Assembly (NCBI GenBank): GCA_019429105.1
Contig: JAHYJE010000010.1
Location: forward strand, 2,172 to 66,171
Source: Syntrophobacterales bacterium
GTDB taxonomy: Bacteria; Desulfobacterota; Syntrophia; Syntrophales; UBA5619
Length of the DNA: 64,000 nucleotides
Reading direction: 5' to 3'
Made by a program: the position numbers and the translations under genes. The notes below the pieces were generated by a model that ran no database searches, was not told where the DNA came from, and saw only the letters and a program-made list of their open reading frames with translations. Within the stretch, counting starts at the first letter, position 1; every line of letters begins with the position of its first letter. Positions 1 through 8,210 of this stretch are shown here, piece by piece.

Positions 1-313
1 CCTTGATCGTCGGTTCGAAGGGAGGCGTGTGCCACAGCTCCAGCGGGTCGGGCGGCTGCACGTCGTAGTGGCCGTAAATCAAAATGGTACGCTTGGCGCC
101 CGACGCCTTCACCTCCCCGAAGACCACCGGGTGGCCGGTCGTCGGAAGAACCTGCGCGGCGATGCCAATGGCCTCCAACTGGGACTTGAGCAGGGTCGCG
201 CACTCGGTCACGCCCACATTCTGAGCACTGATGCTGGGTTGCCGGAGCAGCGTGAACAGTTCGCCCAGAAAGCGCTCCCGATTGCGATCCACGTACCGGA
301 AAATTTCGTGCAT
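1..313 (-). CDS. M20-family metallopeptidase (dipeptidase / ArgE-DapE-like), N-terminal fragment; the gene runs off the window start
   Basis: Absent from the ORF track because there is no stop in the window. Minus-strand ATG at 313..311 lies 4 nt after AGGAGG. Translation MHEIFRYVDRNRERFLGELFTLLRQPSISAQN...TILIYGHYDVQPPDPLELWHTPPFEPTIK carries the GHYDVQP and W..PPF motifs typical of M20 peptidases. Confidence 0.75.
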   Translation of the reverse strand, partial: MHEIFRYVDRNRERFLGELFTLLRQPSISAQNVGVTECATLLKSQLEAIGIAAQVLPTTGHPVVFGEVKASGAKRTILIYGHYDVQPPDPLELWHTPPFEPTIK

Positions 314-731
314 GGTTCCTCCTGACGACATAGCCCTTCCTCTGCGACGAACGCTTCAGCGCGCCGTGAACCTCCGCTGCCGCGTTGGTTTGTAGCGTTC
401 TCCGTCCACCCTTGTCAAGCGGAGTTTCGTGACCGGTGGGTGATCGGCCCACGGCGTCCCGCCGGGCGGGAGCGTCAGGGCGAGCATCGGGATCTTAACT
501 GGATGTATTCATCCCAGGTATATTATGTAGAGAGGTCGAGGTGGAAGGATGAGCAAGCCTGGGTGTTTGTTGCAAGATAAAAAGTTAATGAATAAAAATG
601 CCCATTTTGGCAAAATTGACCAAAGCGGGTTTTTTTTCTTGATATTATTGACGATTCTCTTTTTCTTATTCTTTAACTTTTGTATAGAGGTTAAAGAACT
701 GGGGCGGTGCGGGAATTGTGAAAACGATGGT

Positions 732-965
732 TCAAACCGATGTCTTCAATCGTTCCGCGATCCAGAACTTAATGACTGATTGCCGGGTAACACCTAACTC
801 GCGAGCGGCCTGGTCAAGACGTTCGATCATCCAGGCGGGAAAATCGACGTTGACCCGACGTTGTTCCAATCCGGGACGGAGAATATTATCAAGGTTACAG
901 TATTCCAGGACATCTTCGCCGGCATCAAACTTTTCGTCAAACTCCTTTGCGGTTATGGTCTTCAT
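732..965 (-). CDS. brnA: BrnA / CopG-type ribbon-helix-helix antitoxin
   Basis: 77 aa. RRVNVDFPAWMIERLDQAARELGVTRQSVIKFWIAERL is an RHH-like DNA-binding segment. It lies immediately downstream of the BrnT-like gene and overlaps it by 29 nt. Confidence 0.75.
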   Translation of the reverse strand: MKTITAKEFDEKFDAGEDVLEYCNLDNILRPGLEQRRVNVDFPAWMIERLDQAARELGVTRQSVIKFWIAERLKTSV

Positions 966-1218
966 AAAGCATCTCCTCTTTTTTTCGGGAGCGGCGCACG
1001 GAAATGATACGAATACAGCCTTTCCTGAATGTTGCGACGGCGGTCCAGAATTTTCCTTCGATTTTCCCTATCGTCAAAAACCGTGGTTCATCCAGCGTGG
1101 CGACGGGAACCTCAATCATTCCATGATCGTTCCAAAGAGTACGGGCTTCTTGGAAATCAATCCCGTGCTTGTCCCTGTTGGTAAGGCTCTTATTAGGATC
1201 GTACTCGAACGTCGTCAT
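937..1218 (-). CDS. brnT: BrnT-family (DUF497) ribonuclease toxin
   Basis: 93 aa. FEYDPNKSLTNRDKHGIDFQEA...RFLTIGK...CIRIISVRRSRKKEEMLY matches the BrnT pattern (FEWD..K...N..KHG..F.EA ... IRIISAR.A...E...Y). Confidence 0.8.
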   Translation of the reverse strand: MTTFEYDPNKSLTNRDKHGIDFQEARTLWNDHGMIEVPVATLDEPRFLTIGKIEGKFWTAVATFRKGCIRIISVRRSRKKEEMLYEDHNRKGV

Positions 1219-1337
1219 AGGGTATTAACTATACCTTTATTAACTTGTTGTCAAACAAAAATCCCCGTGAAGTTGACATGATCCTTACCCTCTGTTCGTG
1301 TTAAGACAAACTGCCAATTTCTCGGTCATTTGAAGAA

Positions 1338-2231
1338 TTAAGCCACATTCTGATATCTTAACCTTCCAAAAAAAGGAATTGCTTTATCCCCGTAATACGC
1401 CCCGGCAAGCTGTCCGTAAATCGCCCCGGTGGTGTCTGCATCATCGCCAAGGTTGACAGCCATTAGACAGCCTTCTTGAAAGGTATCGCTGTGGAAGAAT
1501 GCCCACAGGGCAGCTTCCATGGATTGGACGACATAGCCGCTGCCCCTGATTTCCGGGGGATGCTTGTATTTGAAGGAGCCTGCGGCAATTTCGGCAATCT
1601 CTGGGACAAGAGGGGTCTTTTGCCAGTATCCAGCTACAGGGCAGTAATGATCGGCCAGGATGGCTTCTTTATCTTCGCCGTTCAGAGCCCCGACAATCAG
1701 CGCCCCGAAATAGCGGCAGGCATCCACGGCAGCAGGGGCGCCATGGGTGGTTTCGGAGCTTTCGCCGGATTTCTCAATGGCCTCTCTGGGGCTGCCGGCA
1801 TAGAACATGGGGACCGGAGCCAGACGCATGAGGGAGCCATTTCCAGCGCTGTAAGAACCGGATGATCCGGAGAACGGGTTGCCTGTTTTCAAGAAGGCGG
1901 CAAGGGCCTTCCTGGTCGTATTGCCGATGTCGAAGCATGTCCCTGTGCTACTCAGGTGGCCCTCTTTCCACCAGAGAACGTACCGCTCCATTTGATCTTG
2001 TGGGTTGAAGTCCTGACATTCGATCAGGCTTTCAGCGAGGCACAGGGCCAGGGATGTATCGTCAGTCCACTGGCCCGGCTTGAGATTGAAGGGACCACCG
2101 CCGACCATGTCGGTGATGGGCTTGAAACTGCCCGGAGGCATGAACTCCAGAGTTGTCCCCAAGACGTCGCCAGCGGCAAGTCCGAGCAGGCAGCCCCGAT
2201 ATCGTTCGAGCTTTTCTATGCCGTTAGTCAC
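1338..2231 (-). CDS. ADP-ribosylglycohydrolase (ARH/DraG family)
   Basis: The ORF track gives 1338..2468, but the first ~80 codons overlap the upstream phosphatase gene. The conserved region begins at [27 protein letters not shown] at 2231 lies 7 nt after the upstream stop, so the start is placed there (uncertain). [15 protein letters not shown] and [21 protein letters not shown] match the ARH metal-site motifs. Confidence 0.85.
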   Translation of the reverse strand: MTNGIEKLERYRGCLLGLAAGDVLGTTLEFMPPGSFKPITDMVGGGPFNLKPGQWTDDTSLALCLAESLIECQDFNPQDQMERYVLWWKEGHLSSTGTCFDIGNTTRKALAAFLKTGNPFSGSSGSYSAGNGSLMRLAPVPMFYAGSPREAIEKSGESSETTHGAPAAVDACRYFGALIVGALNGEDKEAILADHYCPVAGYWQKTPLVPEIAEIAAGSFKYKHPPEIRGSGYVVQSMEAALWAFFHSDTFQEGCLMAVNLGDDADTTGAIYGQLAGAYYGDKAIPFFGRLRYQNVA

Positions 2232-2238
2232 GCCGCTA

Positions 2239-2691
2239 TTATTGTCCTTTCTCCCAGGAGCAAACCATCCGGATTTGCTGGGGCATTTCCGGGGAAGGCC
2301 AGTGCGCCTTTGCGTCGGTGCGGCGAAGCTCTTTAATCTTCTCCAGCACGCCTTCCCCTTCGGCAATACCATGGCGTACCAGCCAGCAGCCGACGACCGT
2401 CCCTGTTCTACCTCGCCTTCCCCAACAATGGACATAAACGGGTCGATCTTCTCCCAGTGCACCATCAATCTGATCGAGGATCTGCACCATAAAGTCTCGC
2501 GAAGGAATCCCGAGATCCCGGATAGGCATGCGGTGGCAGGTCACCGGGGGACTGCCATTGGTGATTCTTTGTAGAACCGGCACATAATCCACGAAGGGCA
2601 ACCCATTATGATCCCGCTCATCCGGCTCCATAAGATTGACAATACACCGGACGCCGCACGCCAGAAGATCCGACATCTTTTGCTTCATCAT
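2239..2691 (-). CDS. Cysteine phosphatase of the PTP/dual-specificity (CX5R) type
   Basis: 150 aa. The active-site loop [11 protein letters not shown] fits HCX5R(S/T). PIRDLGIP upstream offers a candidate general-acid Asp. The ATG overlaps the upstream stop (ATGA at 2688..2691). Confidence 0.75.
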   Translation of the reverse strand: MMKQKMSDLLACGVRCIVNLMEPDERDHNGLPFVDYVPVLQRITNGSPPVTCHRMPIRDLGIPSRDFMVQILDQIDGALGEDRPVYVHCWGRRGRTGTVVGCWLVRHGIAEGEGVLEKIKELRRTDAKAHWPSPEMPQQIRMVCSWEKGQ

Positions 2692-3500
2692 GTCCTTTTG
2701 CCGGTCGCCGGGATAATAGCCGGCCAGGAATTTTCCATGGACGACCCAGTATGACCGGTCGAAGGGTGGCTTATGGTTTGTTCCCTCAGATCCTCATACT
2801 CTTTTTTGATTTTGATGACAGGCTGCCCATCTCCTGCCGTGGTGATTCTCCGGAAGTCTTTTGCGTGTTCTTCCAGTCCGGCGACCCCGGTGCAAGCGCC
2901 ATACTCGCTCTTCACCTCAACAAAGACCAAATATGGCTCTTCCCAGCCGGTTGCATCGTTAAGAGTTATCCTGCGCTTTGCTGCGATCATGTCGAATCGG
3001 CATTTGGCATATTCATACTCCAGATCCAGCACCAAATAGTCAACTGAAGATCGACCAAATATTCCGGCATTCTCGGTGGCAATCTTTTGGCAATGATCAC
3101 GCTCGTGCCTGTGTTCGCTCTCGTCATTCCGATGTTGGTCAAACCATCGGTCCATGCCGGCGATCAGATCCGGAAATGCTTCAATCCATCGTTCCAGGTT
3201 TGCGTCTATGCACTCCTGCGGTAGTTCAGGTGCTGGGCACGATATGTCATTGAAGTACTCTTTGTCGAAATGCAGAGACCAGAGTTTTTTGCGTCCATCG
3301 ACGCGCATCAGGTTGCCGCCGCGATAGTATATGTTAAAGCGATGATCCCGGATCTCTAGGCGTAGTCGCTGATCGGCAGCGACTCTGACCAGGACTGGAT
3401 TGAGCATGCCGCCTGGCCCGAGTGCATCTTCCATTGCCTGAGTCAGGAGGCGAGGTCCTTTTCGGTATGTAGTGAGGTCAACGTCATTCTTGGTAGTCAT
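2688..3500 (-). CDS. Hypothetical protein with a PD-(D/E)xK nuclease-like core (motif-level call)
   Basis: 270 aa, no family recognised. YLVLDLEYEY...RFDMIAAKR...YLVFVEVKSEYG resembles a D-(X)n-E-X-K restriction-endonuclease-fold core. It sits inside the operon. Confidence 0.5.
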   Translation of the reverse strand: MTTKNDVDLTTYRKGPRLLTQAMEDALGPGGMLNPVLVRVAADQRLRLEIRDHRFNIYYRGGNLMRVDGRKKLWSLHFDKEYFNDISCPAPELPQECIDANLERWIEAFPDLIAGMDRWFDQHRNDESEHRHERDHCQKIATENAGIFGRSSVDYLVLDLEYEYAKCRFDMIAAKRRITLNDATGWEEPYLVFVEVKSEYGACTGVAGLEEHAKDFRRITTAGDGQPVIKIKKEYEDLREQTISHPSTGHTGSSMENSWPAIIPATGKRT

Positions 3501-3641
3501 CTGTCTATTTCCACCAGTGAATACAAGGAGAACAGCTCAATGCGTTACTCGATTTCGCCAGAATCCAGCCTTGCGGAAAAGCTGGGTGACTTCGGCAATA
3601 ATTCGCTCAGACTCTTCTGCTGATACAGGAATATCCCTTTT

Positions 3642-3926
3642 CTACAGGCATTCGATATGGTTGGGCATTTCGTCGTTCCAGACGACCAGAACTGTGGATC
3701 GCGGTTCTCCCAGCCAGCGAAAGAAATAGGCCGCTCTCTCTTCAATACTGTCATACCAGAAATCATCAAAGATGATACCCGTTACCTTGGCTTCTCGAAA
3801 AATGTCGGGCCAGGTGGTTATCGGCGCAAGCAGTTTGCTTCCTTTCACCGGTGGCGGTGGGAAAATGCCATCCAACCTTCTTGTCTGTTCCGCACGTTTC
3901 TTTTCCAAGTCAATCATGTCCGGCAT
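3642..3926 (-). CDS. Small hypothetical protein (94 aa)
   Basis: MPDMIDLEKKRAEQ...VLVVWNDEMPNHIECL; no family recognised. The ATG lies 9 nt after the upstream TAG and in the same frame. The ORF ends in TAG, followed by 34 further open codons (see findings). Confidence 0.5.
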   Translation of the reverse strand: MPDMIDLEKKRAEQTRRLDGIFPPPPVKGSKLLAPITTWPDIFREAKVTGIIFDDFWYDSIEERAAYFFRWLGEPRSTVLVVWNDEMPNHIECL

Positions 3927-3935
3927 TCCCTGAGT

Positions 3936-4793
3936 CTATTGGGCAGCAAGTGGCGTGACGGTCCATTTTGAAAGGGCTTTGCTGTGCTGCAGGAGATCGC
4001 CCTCCTCTGTGATTTCAAGATAAACCCTTGCCCCGCCGTACACCCGGCACATGCCAGCATCCACGTCGATAAGCTTTAAACCCTGTGCGGTCTGGACCCT
4101 GTTTTGCCTTGTCGGCGTATGGCCGAAAATTTGGGGAATCGTCCATGCCTCGAGGGAAGGGCTGATCTTAGAAAAGTCGCACCAGAAGATGCCCCCCACG
4201 TCATTATCGCCGCCTCTCTCTGGTCCCACATGGAAAATGGGGTGCCGTTCGAGATCGTCCTTCTCTACAGCCTGTCGGAAAATCCCGTTGATATGTTCAG
4301 CAAGCCGGTCGAGATCGCCGGTCCTTTCCTTCACTTGAGCCCCAATCGTTCCCATTTCCGCCATCAGGGCTTGCCGGATGGCGGATCTCAGACCGGCATG
4401 CGAATATAGCCGCGCTCCGTCGCTATAGGCAGCCTGCACATTGCCCTTGGCGATTTCCTCGGTCAGTTCAGGCATCAACGACGCCGGGTTGGTGAAATTG
4501 GCATAGAAAAATTTCCCCTGCAGGAGCATCAGCTCATGATTTCCGCAGAGGCGGATGACTGCACCCTTGGCGTGAATGGCTTCTTTCTGAAGATTCCTCA
4601 GTAACGCAATGGTTTCTCGTGAGTAAGGTCCTCTATCTATTACATCTCCTGTTTGTATTAAGATGCAATCGCTGCCACTCCAATTGTCTTTGTTATCAAT
4701 CAATCCCGCATTTCTCAAGATTTCTCTAAATCCATCCACTTCTCCGTGTATATCTCCTACGACAATGCGTCGTTTTTGTTCTACCGATTGCAT
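3936..4793 (-). CDS. Calcineurin-like metallophosphoesterase (PPP / ApaH-PrpA-like)
   Basis: 285 aa. RRIVVGDIHGEVDGF, QTGDVIDRGPYS and LCGNHELM are motifs I-III of the metallophosphoesterase fold. RBS AAGGGG lies upstream of the ATG at 4793. Confidence 0.85.
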   Translation of the reverse strand: MQSVEQKRRIVVGDIHGEVDGFREILRNAGLIDNKDNWSGSDCILIQTGDVIDRGPYSRETIALLRNLQKEAIHAKGAVIRLCGNHELMLLQGKFFYANFTNPASLMPELTEEIAKGNVQAAYSDGARLYSHAGLRSAIRQALMAEMGTIGAQVKERTGDLDRLAEHINGIFRQAVEKDDLERHPIFHVGPERGGDNDVGGIFWCDFSKISPSLEAWTIPQIFGHTPTRQNRVQTAQGLKLIDVDAGMCRVYGGARVYLEITEEGDLLQHSKALSKWTVTPLAAQ

Positions 4794-4863
4794 TCTAACC
4801 CCTTACTCATAATGCGGTGTCCGTGTATGGTGCCAGAAAATCGTAAAGAAAGATTACGCCTTG

Positions 4864-5499
4864 TTAGACTGCACCCCACGCACCAAGGAACTCTGGTTTC
4901 GGTTTTGACTTTCCATCGACCAGAGCAAGGGCTACTCGAACACGTGTAGCTGCATCTTCAAGGGCGGCTCTGATTTCGTCCTTGTTTCGATTGTAATCTG
5001 AGTCATCACGGACAAAGAAGAGGAGATATCCATATCTGATCTCGTTCTTTGGACCGGCTAATTTCGTGGCGTCGTTTATAGTGTGAACATTCCCCTTCCC
5101 GCACTCATTAAGGGCCAACTCAGCGGCACAGAGTACCTTTTGCTTACGGTGTTCCCGCTCCGCGATAAAGAGAGGATCCCAGATCGAGATGTCGAAGGCT
5201 CCACGCCTACGGCCTTCAACCGATTCCTCCAATTTTCCGTCTACCCTTCTCAAGTAACGGGCAACAGTAGGGTATTCCTTGTGAAGTAGTATCGTGTCAT
5301 AACCCTCAGCCGTGCGATAGAGACCATTCTCAAAGCCACCCGAATATAGGCGGTGATAGAGATAGCAGTGCATGTCAGTTTCTGTGTAGAATGCATACGG
5401 ATGATTCCGAAACCTTCGGACGAGACTCTTGATGGCAGCTTCAAATTTTGGAATGAGTATTTCTGGTGAAGGCAGCTCAGATGGACGTCGATATGGCAT
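4864..5499 (-). CDS. Hypothetical protein (211 aa), operon member
   Basis: A strong RBS, AAGGAGG, overlaps the stop of the upstream HD gene. No family recognised. GAFDISIWD...AAELALNE is at best a weak nuclease-like D..E pattern. Confidence 0.6.
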   Translation of the reverse strand: MPYRRPSELPSPEILIPKFEAAIKSLVRRFRNHPYAFYTETDMHCYLYHRLYSGGFENGLYRTAEGYDTILLHKEYPTVARYLRRVDGKLEESVEGRRRGAFDISIWDPLFIAEREHRKQKVLCAAELALNECGKGNVHTINDATKLAGPKNEIRYGYLLFFVRDDSDYNRNKDEIRAALEDAATRVRVALALVDGKSKPKPEFLGAWGAV

Positions 5500-5509
5500 A
5501 TCTCCTCCT

Positions 5510-6088
5510 TTAATTCAGGTAAATCTCTCTTCCTTCTTCATAAATATGCGCCGTCCAGTAATCGGCCCAATGGACGAGCAGAGTTAAGGGTTCCTCCTTG
5601 TGGGCGATAATCCTGTTATCTTCAATATACTGCCCGTCATGATAGGCAATTGCCTGGGCTTCGGCATCGGAGAGGGGTATGTATTGCGCCACCAGGTAAA
5701 GGCTTCTCACCGCCAGTCCCATTGCCACTACTTCGGGATTGATCTTATAGCGTATCCCTCGATTCTTTACCATCCATTTATTGTCATTATGCAGATATAG
5801 CGGTTTGCCGGGCATCCCCAGTTTCCCCACATCATGGAAAAGGCCGACTATGACGCAGCTCTCCTCGGGGATCGCCGGGGCAAGAAATTCCCGGAAACGC
5901 AGCAGGGATTCCGTCACCCCGACGCTGTGTTTCAAGAGACCCTGTTCCTCCGACAGATGAAACCTGGTACTCGCTGGAGAGGCGAGCCAGGTGGTCTCGC
6001 CCTCCAGGAGTTTGATGAAACACTCAAACGGTTCCTTCCGATCCGTGATCTTCTCTTTCAGTGCCTTATAACGATCTAACAATTCCAT
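5510..6088 (-). CDS. HD-domain phosphohydrolase
   Basis: 192 aa. TRFHLSEEQGLLKHSV ... GLFHDVGK ... AYHDG gives the H...HD...D metal-binding pattern. Confidence 0.85.
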   Translation of the reverse strand: MELLDRYKALKEKITDRKEPFECFIKLLEGETTWLASPASTRFHLSEEQGLLKHSVGVTESLLRFREFLAPAIPEESCVIVGLFHDVGKLGMPGKPLYLHNDNKWMVKNRGIRYKINPEVVAMGLAVRSLYLVAQYIPLSDAEAQAIAYHDGQYIEDNRIIAHKEEPLTLLVHWADYWTAHIYEEGREIYLN

Positions 6089-6101
6089 ACATTTACCTCA
6101 A

Positions 6102-7088
6102 TCATTGATTCGTCCGGTACGCCCTTCTCCGGGAGACGGGTGACATGCGGCCGGCTTTCTCGGTTTCCGTGATCTGAAAGAAGGCCATGTGGATCGCGGT
6201 GTTCTCATAAACCAAGGCGGAGCCGACGATATTCTTCCCTTCGTAGCGGTAATCCTGACCGTAGCCCACCGAGTCGAATCTCTGCTCCGTGCACAGGGCA
6301 ATCTTCTGCAGGAAGGCATCCGCCTTCTCCGGGGGTGTTTCTTTTGCCCTCCTCGGTTTTTCCGTCAGGGCGTCCATGACATAGCTGCGGATCAGCTTGG
6401 GGTGGAGCACGCTGAATGACGATGCGCGTGAGACTCTGTCCAGGCCGACCACGTCTCCGTTCACGATTACGACGAGGCCCTCCTGATCGGCACCCATCGG
6501 GAGGTGTTCCAGAAAGGCATCCATGTCTTCCTTTTTGGCTTCCAACACATCTTTCATCGCTCCCGTTACGGGGCTGACTTTATTGATGTGAGCCTGTGTG
6601 GCGATCTCGTCCCAGACCGCCCCCTGATCGGAACAAAAGCTGTGCGCGGATTTAAGATTTTCAAAGACGGAGGCATTCTTGACCCTCCTGAGCTTGGCGG
6701 ACATGATGTGGCCCGATTCCTCAAAATGGGCGGAGCGGTAGGACCAGCGGCCGTGCTCGGTGCAGCTTACAGGGATGACCATTTCCGACATTTCTTTGAG
6801 CAGGATGGTGGTATTGAGCACCCGGTTCTGCTTGGCGCCCGAGAGTTCCTCGCCGTCGAGAAGTAAAACGGGTTTTTTCCCCCGGTTGATGACCTTCAGC
6901 TCCGGGACCGTTCCGCCCTCCGTTACCTCGGTCACCGTGAGAAGCTGTTGCTCCATGGCCTCCTTCATGGTCAGGTAATCCGGCCCGGAATCGCCGCCGC
7001 CGATGATGGGGATCACGGCCACATGACCGTGGACCTGAACCTCTCCGAACTTGATCCTTTCCAAACTTCCCTTAACGATTGCTTCCAT
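6102..7088 (-). CDS. ARPP-1 / DUF6569-like protein (family assignment from memory of motifs, unverified)
   Basis: The ORF track gives 530 aa (6102..7694), but residues 1-202 are antisense to the WYL gene. The ATG at 7088 has RBS AGGAGA and gives 328 aa. LLLDGEELSGAKQNRVLNTT and IPVSCTEHGRW resemble the family found next to ADP-ribosylglycohydrolase and rhodanese-phosphatase genes. Confidence 0.55.
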   Translation of the reverse strand: MEAIVKGSLERIKFGEVQVHGHVAVIPIIGGGDSGPDYLTMKEAMEQQLLTVTEVTEGGTVPELKVINRGKKPVLLLDGEELSGAKQNRVLNTTILLKEMSEMVIPVSCTEHGRWSYRSAHFEESGHIMSAKLRRVKNASVFENLKSAHSFCSDQGAVWDEIATQAHINKVSPVTGAMKDVLEAKKEDMDAFLEHLPMGADQEGLVVIVNGDVVGLDRVSRASSFSVLHPKLIRSYVMDALTEKPRRAKETPPEKADAFLQKIALCTEQRFDSVGYGQDYRYEGKNIVGSALVYENTAIHMAFFQITETEKAGRMSPVSRRRAYRTNQ

Positions 7089-7116
7089 GGCTTTTCTCCT
7101 TTCCCCCTCTTTTGTC

Positions 7117-7144
7117 TTGACCTTAGGCGGTTTTCCCTGATAAT
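7117..7144 (+). promoter_or_regulatory. Candidate sigma70-type promoter for the WYL regulator gene
   Basis: TTGACC (7117..7122), a 16-nt spacer, then GATAAT (7139..7144), about 68 nt upstream of the ATG at 7212 in the divergent control region. Confidence 0.4.
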
Positions 7145-7155
7145 TCCAGAGCGGG

Positions 7156-7173
7156 GCGACAAGGGTGTGTCGC
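7156..7173. promoter_or_regulatory. Inverted repeat GCGACA-N6-TGTCGC in the divergent control region (candidate operator or leader hairpin)
   Basis: gcgacaagggtgtgtcgc lies between the candidate promoter and the WYL gene RBS (GAAGGAGG). Confidence 0.3.
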
Positions 7174-7211
7174 ATTATTTGAGGACGCATTTCCTGAAGG
7201 AGGCAAAGGCG

Positions 7212-8207
7212 ATGGGCCGTGAGCAAAACGCGCAGACGAAACTGATCCGGTTGGGCCAGATCCTCAGAATCTTCATGGAGAAGGATAAAGTCGCGAGCAG
7301 TTGGTTGAGCGAGCAGTTCCAGACCACACCTCGGACGATTCAGCGTGACCTGCTTCTCCTCAAAGAGTCCGGTTTCCCTCTTCATGAGATACAGAAAGGC
7401 ATTCACCAGATGAGCAAGGACCTGGTGAAAAATCTGGAGGTGTTCGACGATACCGAGCTTGCCCTGGTGATCGCCCTGAAGAATATGGTGGGGCAGTTGG
7501 GCCAGCCCTTCCAGCAGGCGGCCGACGGTGTTCTCGACCGGCTGTACGATTGCGTGACTACCATGCCGGTGTTCGTGAAGATCGACGAATCCGTACCGCT
7601 GGACAGTGCTCTGCTCAATCGGATCGTGAAGGCCATTCGGGAAAAGAGGCGGGTTGGTTTTCAGTATGCGCTCGCAAAAGGGAGCGGGATGCATCCCGTC
7701 GATCTGGAACCCTACCGGGTCGTCTATTTCGGCGGTTTCTGGTACCTGATCGGCAACGAGCCCTGCACGGGGATTCTCAAACGGTACGCCCTCGACCGGA
7801 TCAGGAATTTGCGTCTATCGAATGATGTATTCAAGGGTGTTCCCGATGATCTGGATACGATCCTTCAGGGCAGCGCCAATATCTGGTTTACCGGCGAGCG
7901 GAACCCGGAGGTGACCATCCTGGTCGATTCCCAGGTCGGTCATTATTTCAAGCGGCGGAAGATGTTCCCGACACAGGAGATCAAAGAAGAAAGGCCCGAT
8001 GGGGCGCTTGTCCCGACACAGGAGATCAAAGAAGAAAGGCCCGATGGGGCGCTTGTCGTCTCATATCGGGTAGGCAATTACGAGTCCATCGAAAATCTTC
8101 TCAAATCCTGGATACCCCATATCGTGATCTTGGAGCCAAAAGAATTCAGGGAGTCCTTTCTGGCGGATGCAAAGGAGTGGGTCCGCAAACAAGGGAAGGT
8201 GCGTTGA
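7212..8207 (+). CDS. HTH-WYL-WCX transcriptional regulator
   Basis: The ATG at 7212 has RBS GAAGGAGG (the ORF-track N-terminal extension from 6948 is antisense to the neighbouring gene). The N-terminal wHTH is LIRLGQILRIFMEKDKVASSWLSEQFQTTPRTIQRDLLLLKESGF. The WYL core is LEPYRVVYFGGFWYLIGNEP. The C-terminus is IVILEPKEFRESF. Confidence 0.9.
   Translation: MGREQNAQTKLIRLGQILRIFMEKDKVASSWLSEQFQTTPRTIQRDLLLLKESGFPLHEIQKGIHQMSKDLVKNLEVFDDTELALVIALKNMVGQLGQPFQQAADGVLDRLYDCVTTMPVFVKIDESVPLDSALLNRIVKAIREKRRVGFQYALAKGSGMHPVDLEPYRVVYFGGFWYLIGNEPCTGILKRYALDRIRNLRLSNDVFKGVPDDLDTILQGSANIWFTGERNPEVTILVDSQVGHYFKRRKMFPTQEIKEERPDGALVPTQEIKEERPDGALVVSYRVGNYESIENLLKSWIPHIVILEPKEFRESFLADAKEWVRKQGKVR
7966..8055 (+). 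repeat. Perfect 45-bp tandem duplication inside the WYL regulator gene (in frame, 15 aa x2)
   Basis: tcccgacacaggagatcaaagaagaaaggcccgatggggcgcttg occurs at 7966..8010 and again at 8011..8055. It encodes PTQEIKEERPDGALV twice. Confidence 0.97.
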
Positions 8208-8210
8208 TTC

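Noticed and set aside
549-779. 76-aa ORF in the AT-rich gap (MSKPGCLLQDKKLMNKNAHFGKIDQSGFFFLILL...)
   Set aside because: It has a low-complexity, Phe/Leu-rich translation from AT-rich DNA and no RBS. It overlaps the 3' end of the brnA gene on the other strand. It is most likely non-coding.
7089-7694. N-terminal 202-residue extension of the 530-aa minus-strand ORF 6102..7694
   Set aside because: This part is antisense to the well-supported WYL regulator gene and has no protein-like features. An internal ATG at 7088 with RBS AGGAGA gives a coherent 328-aa product.
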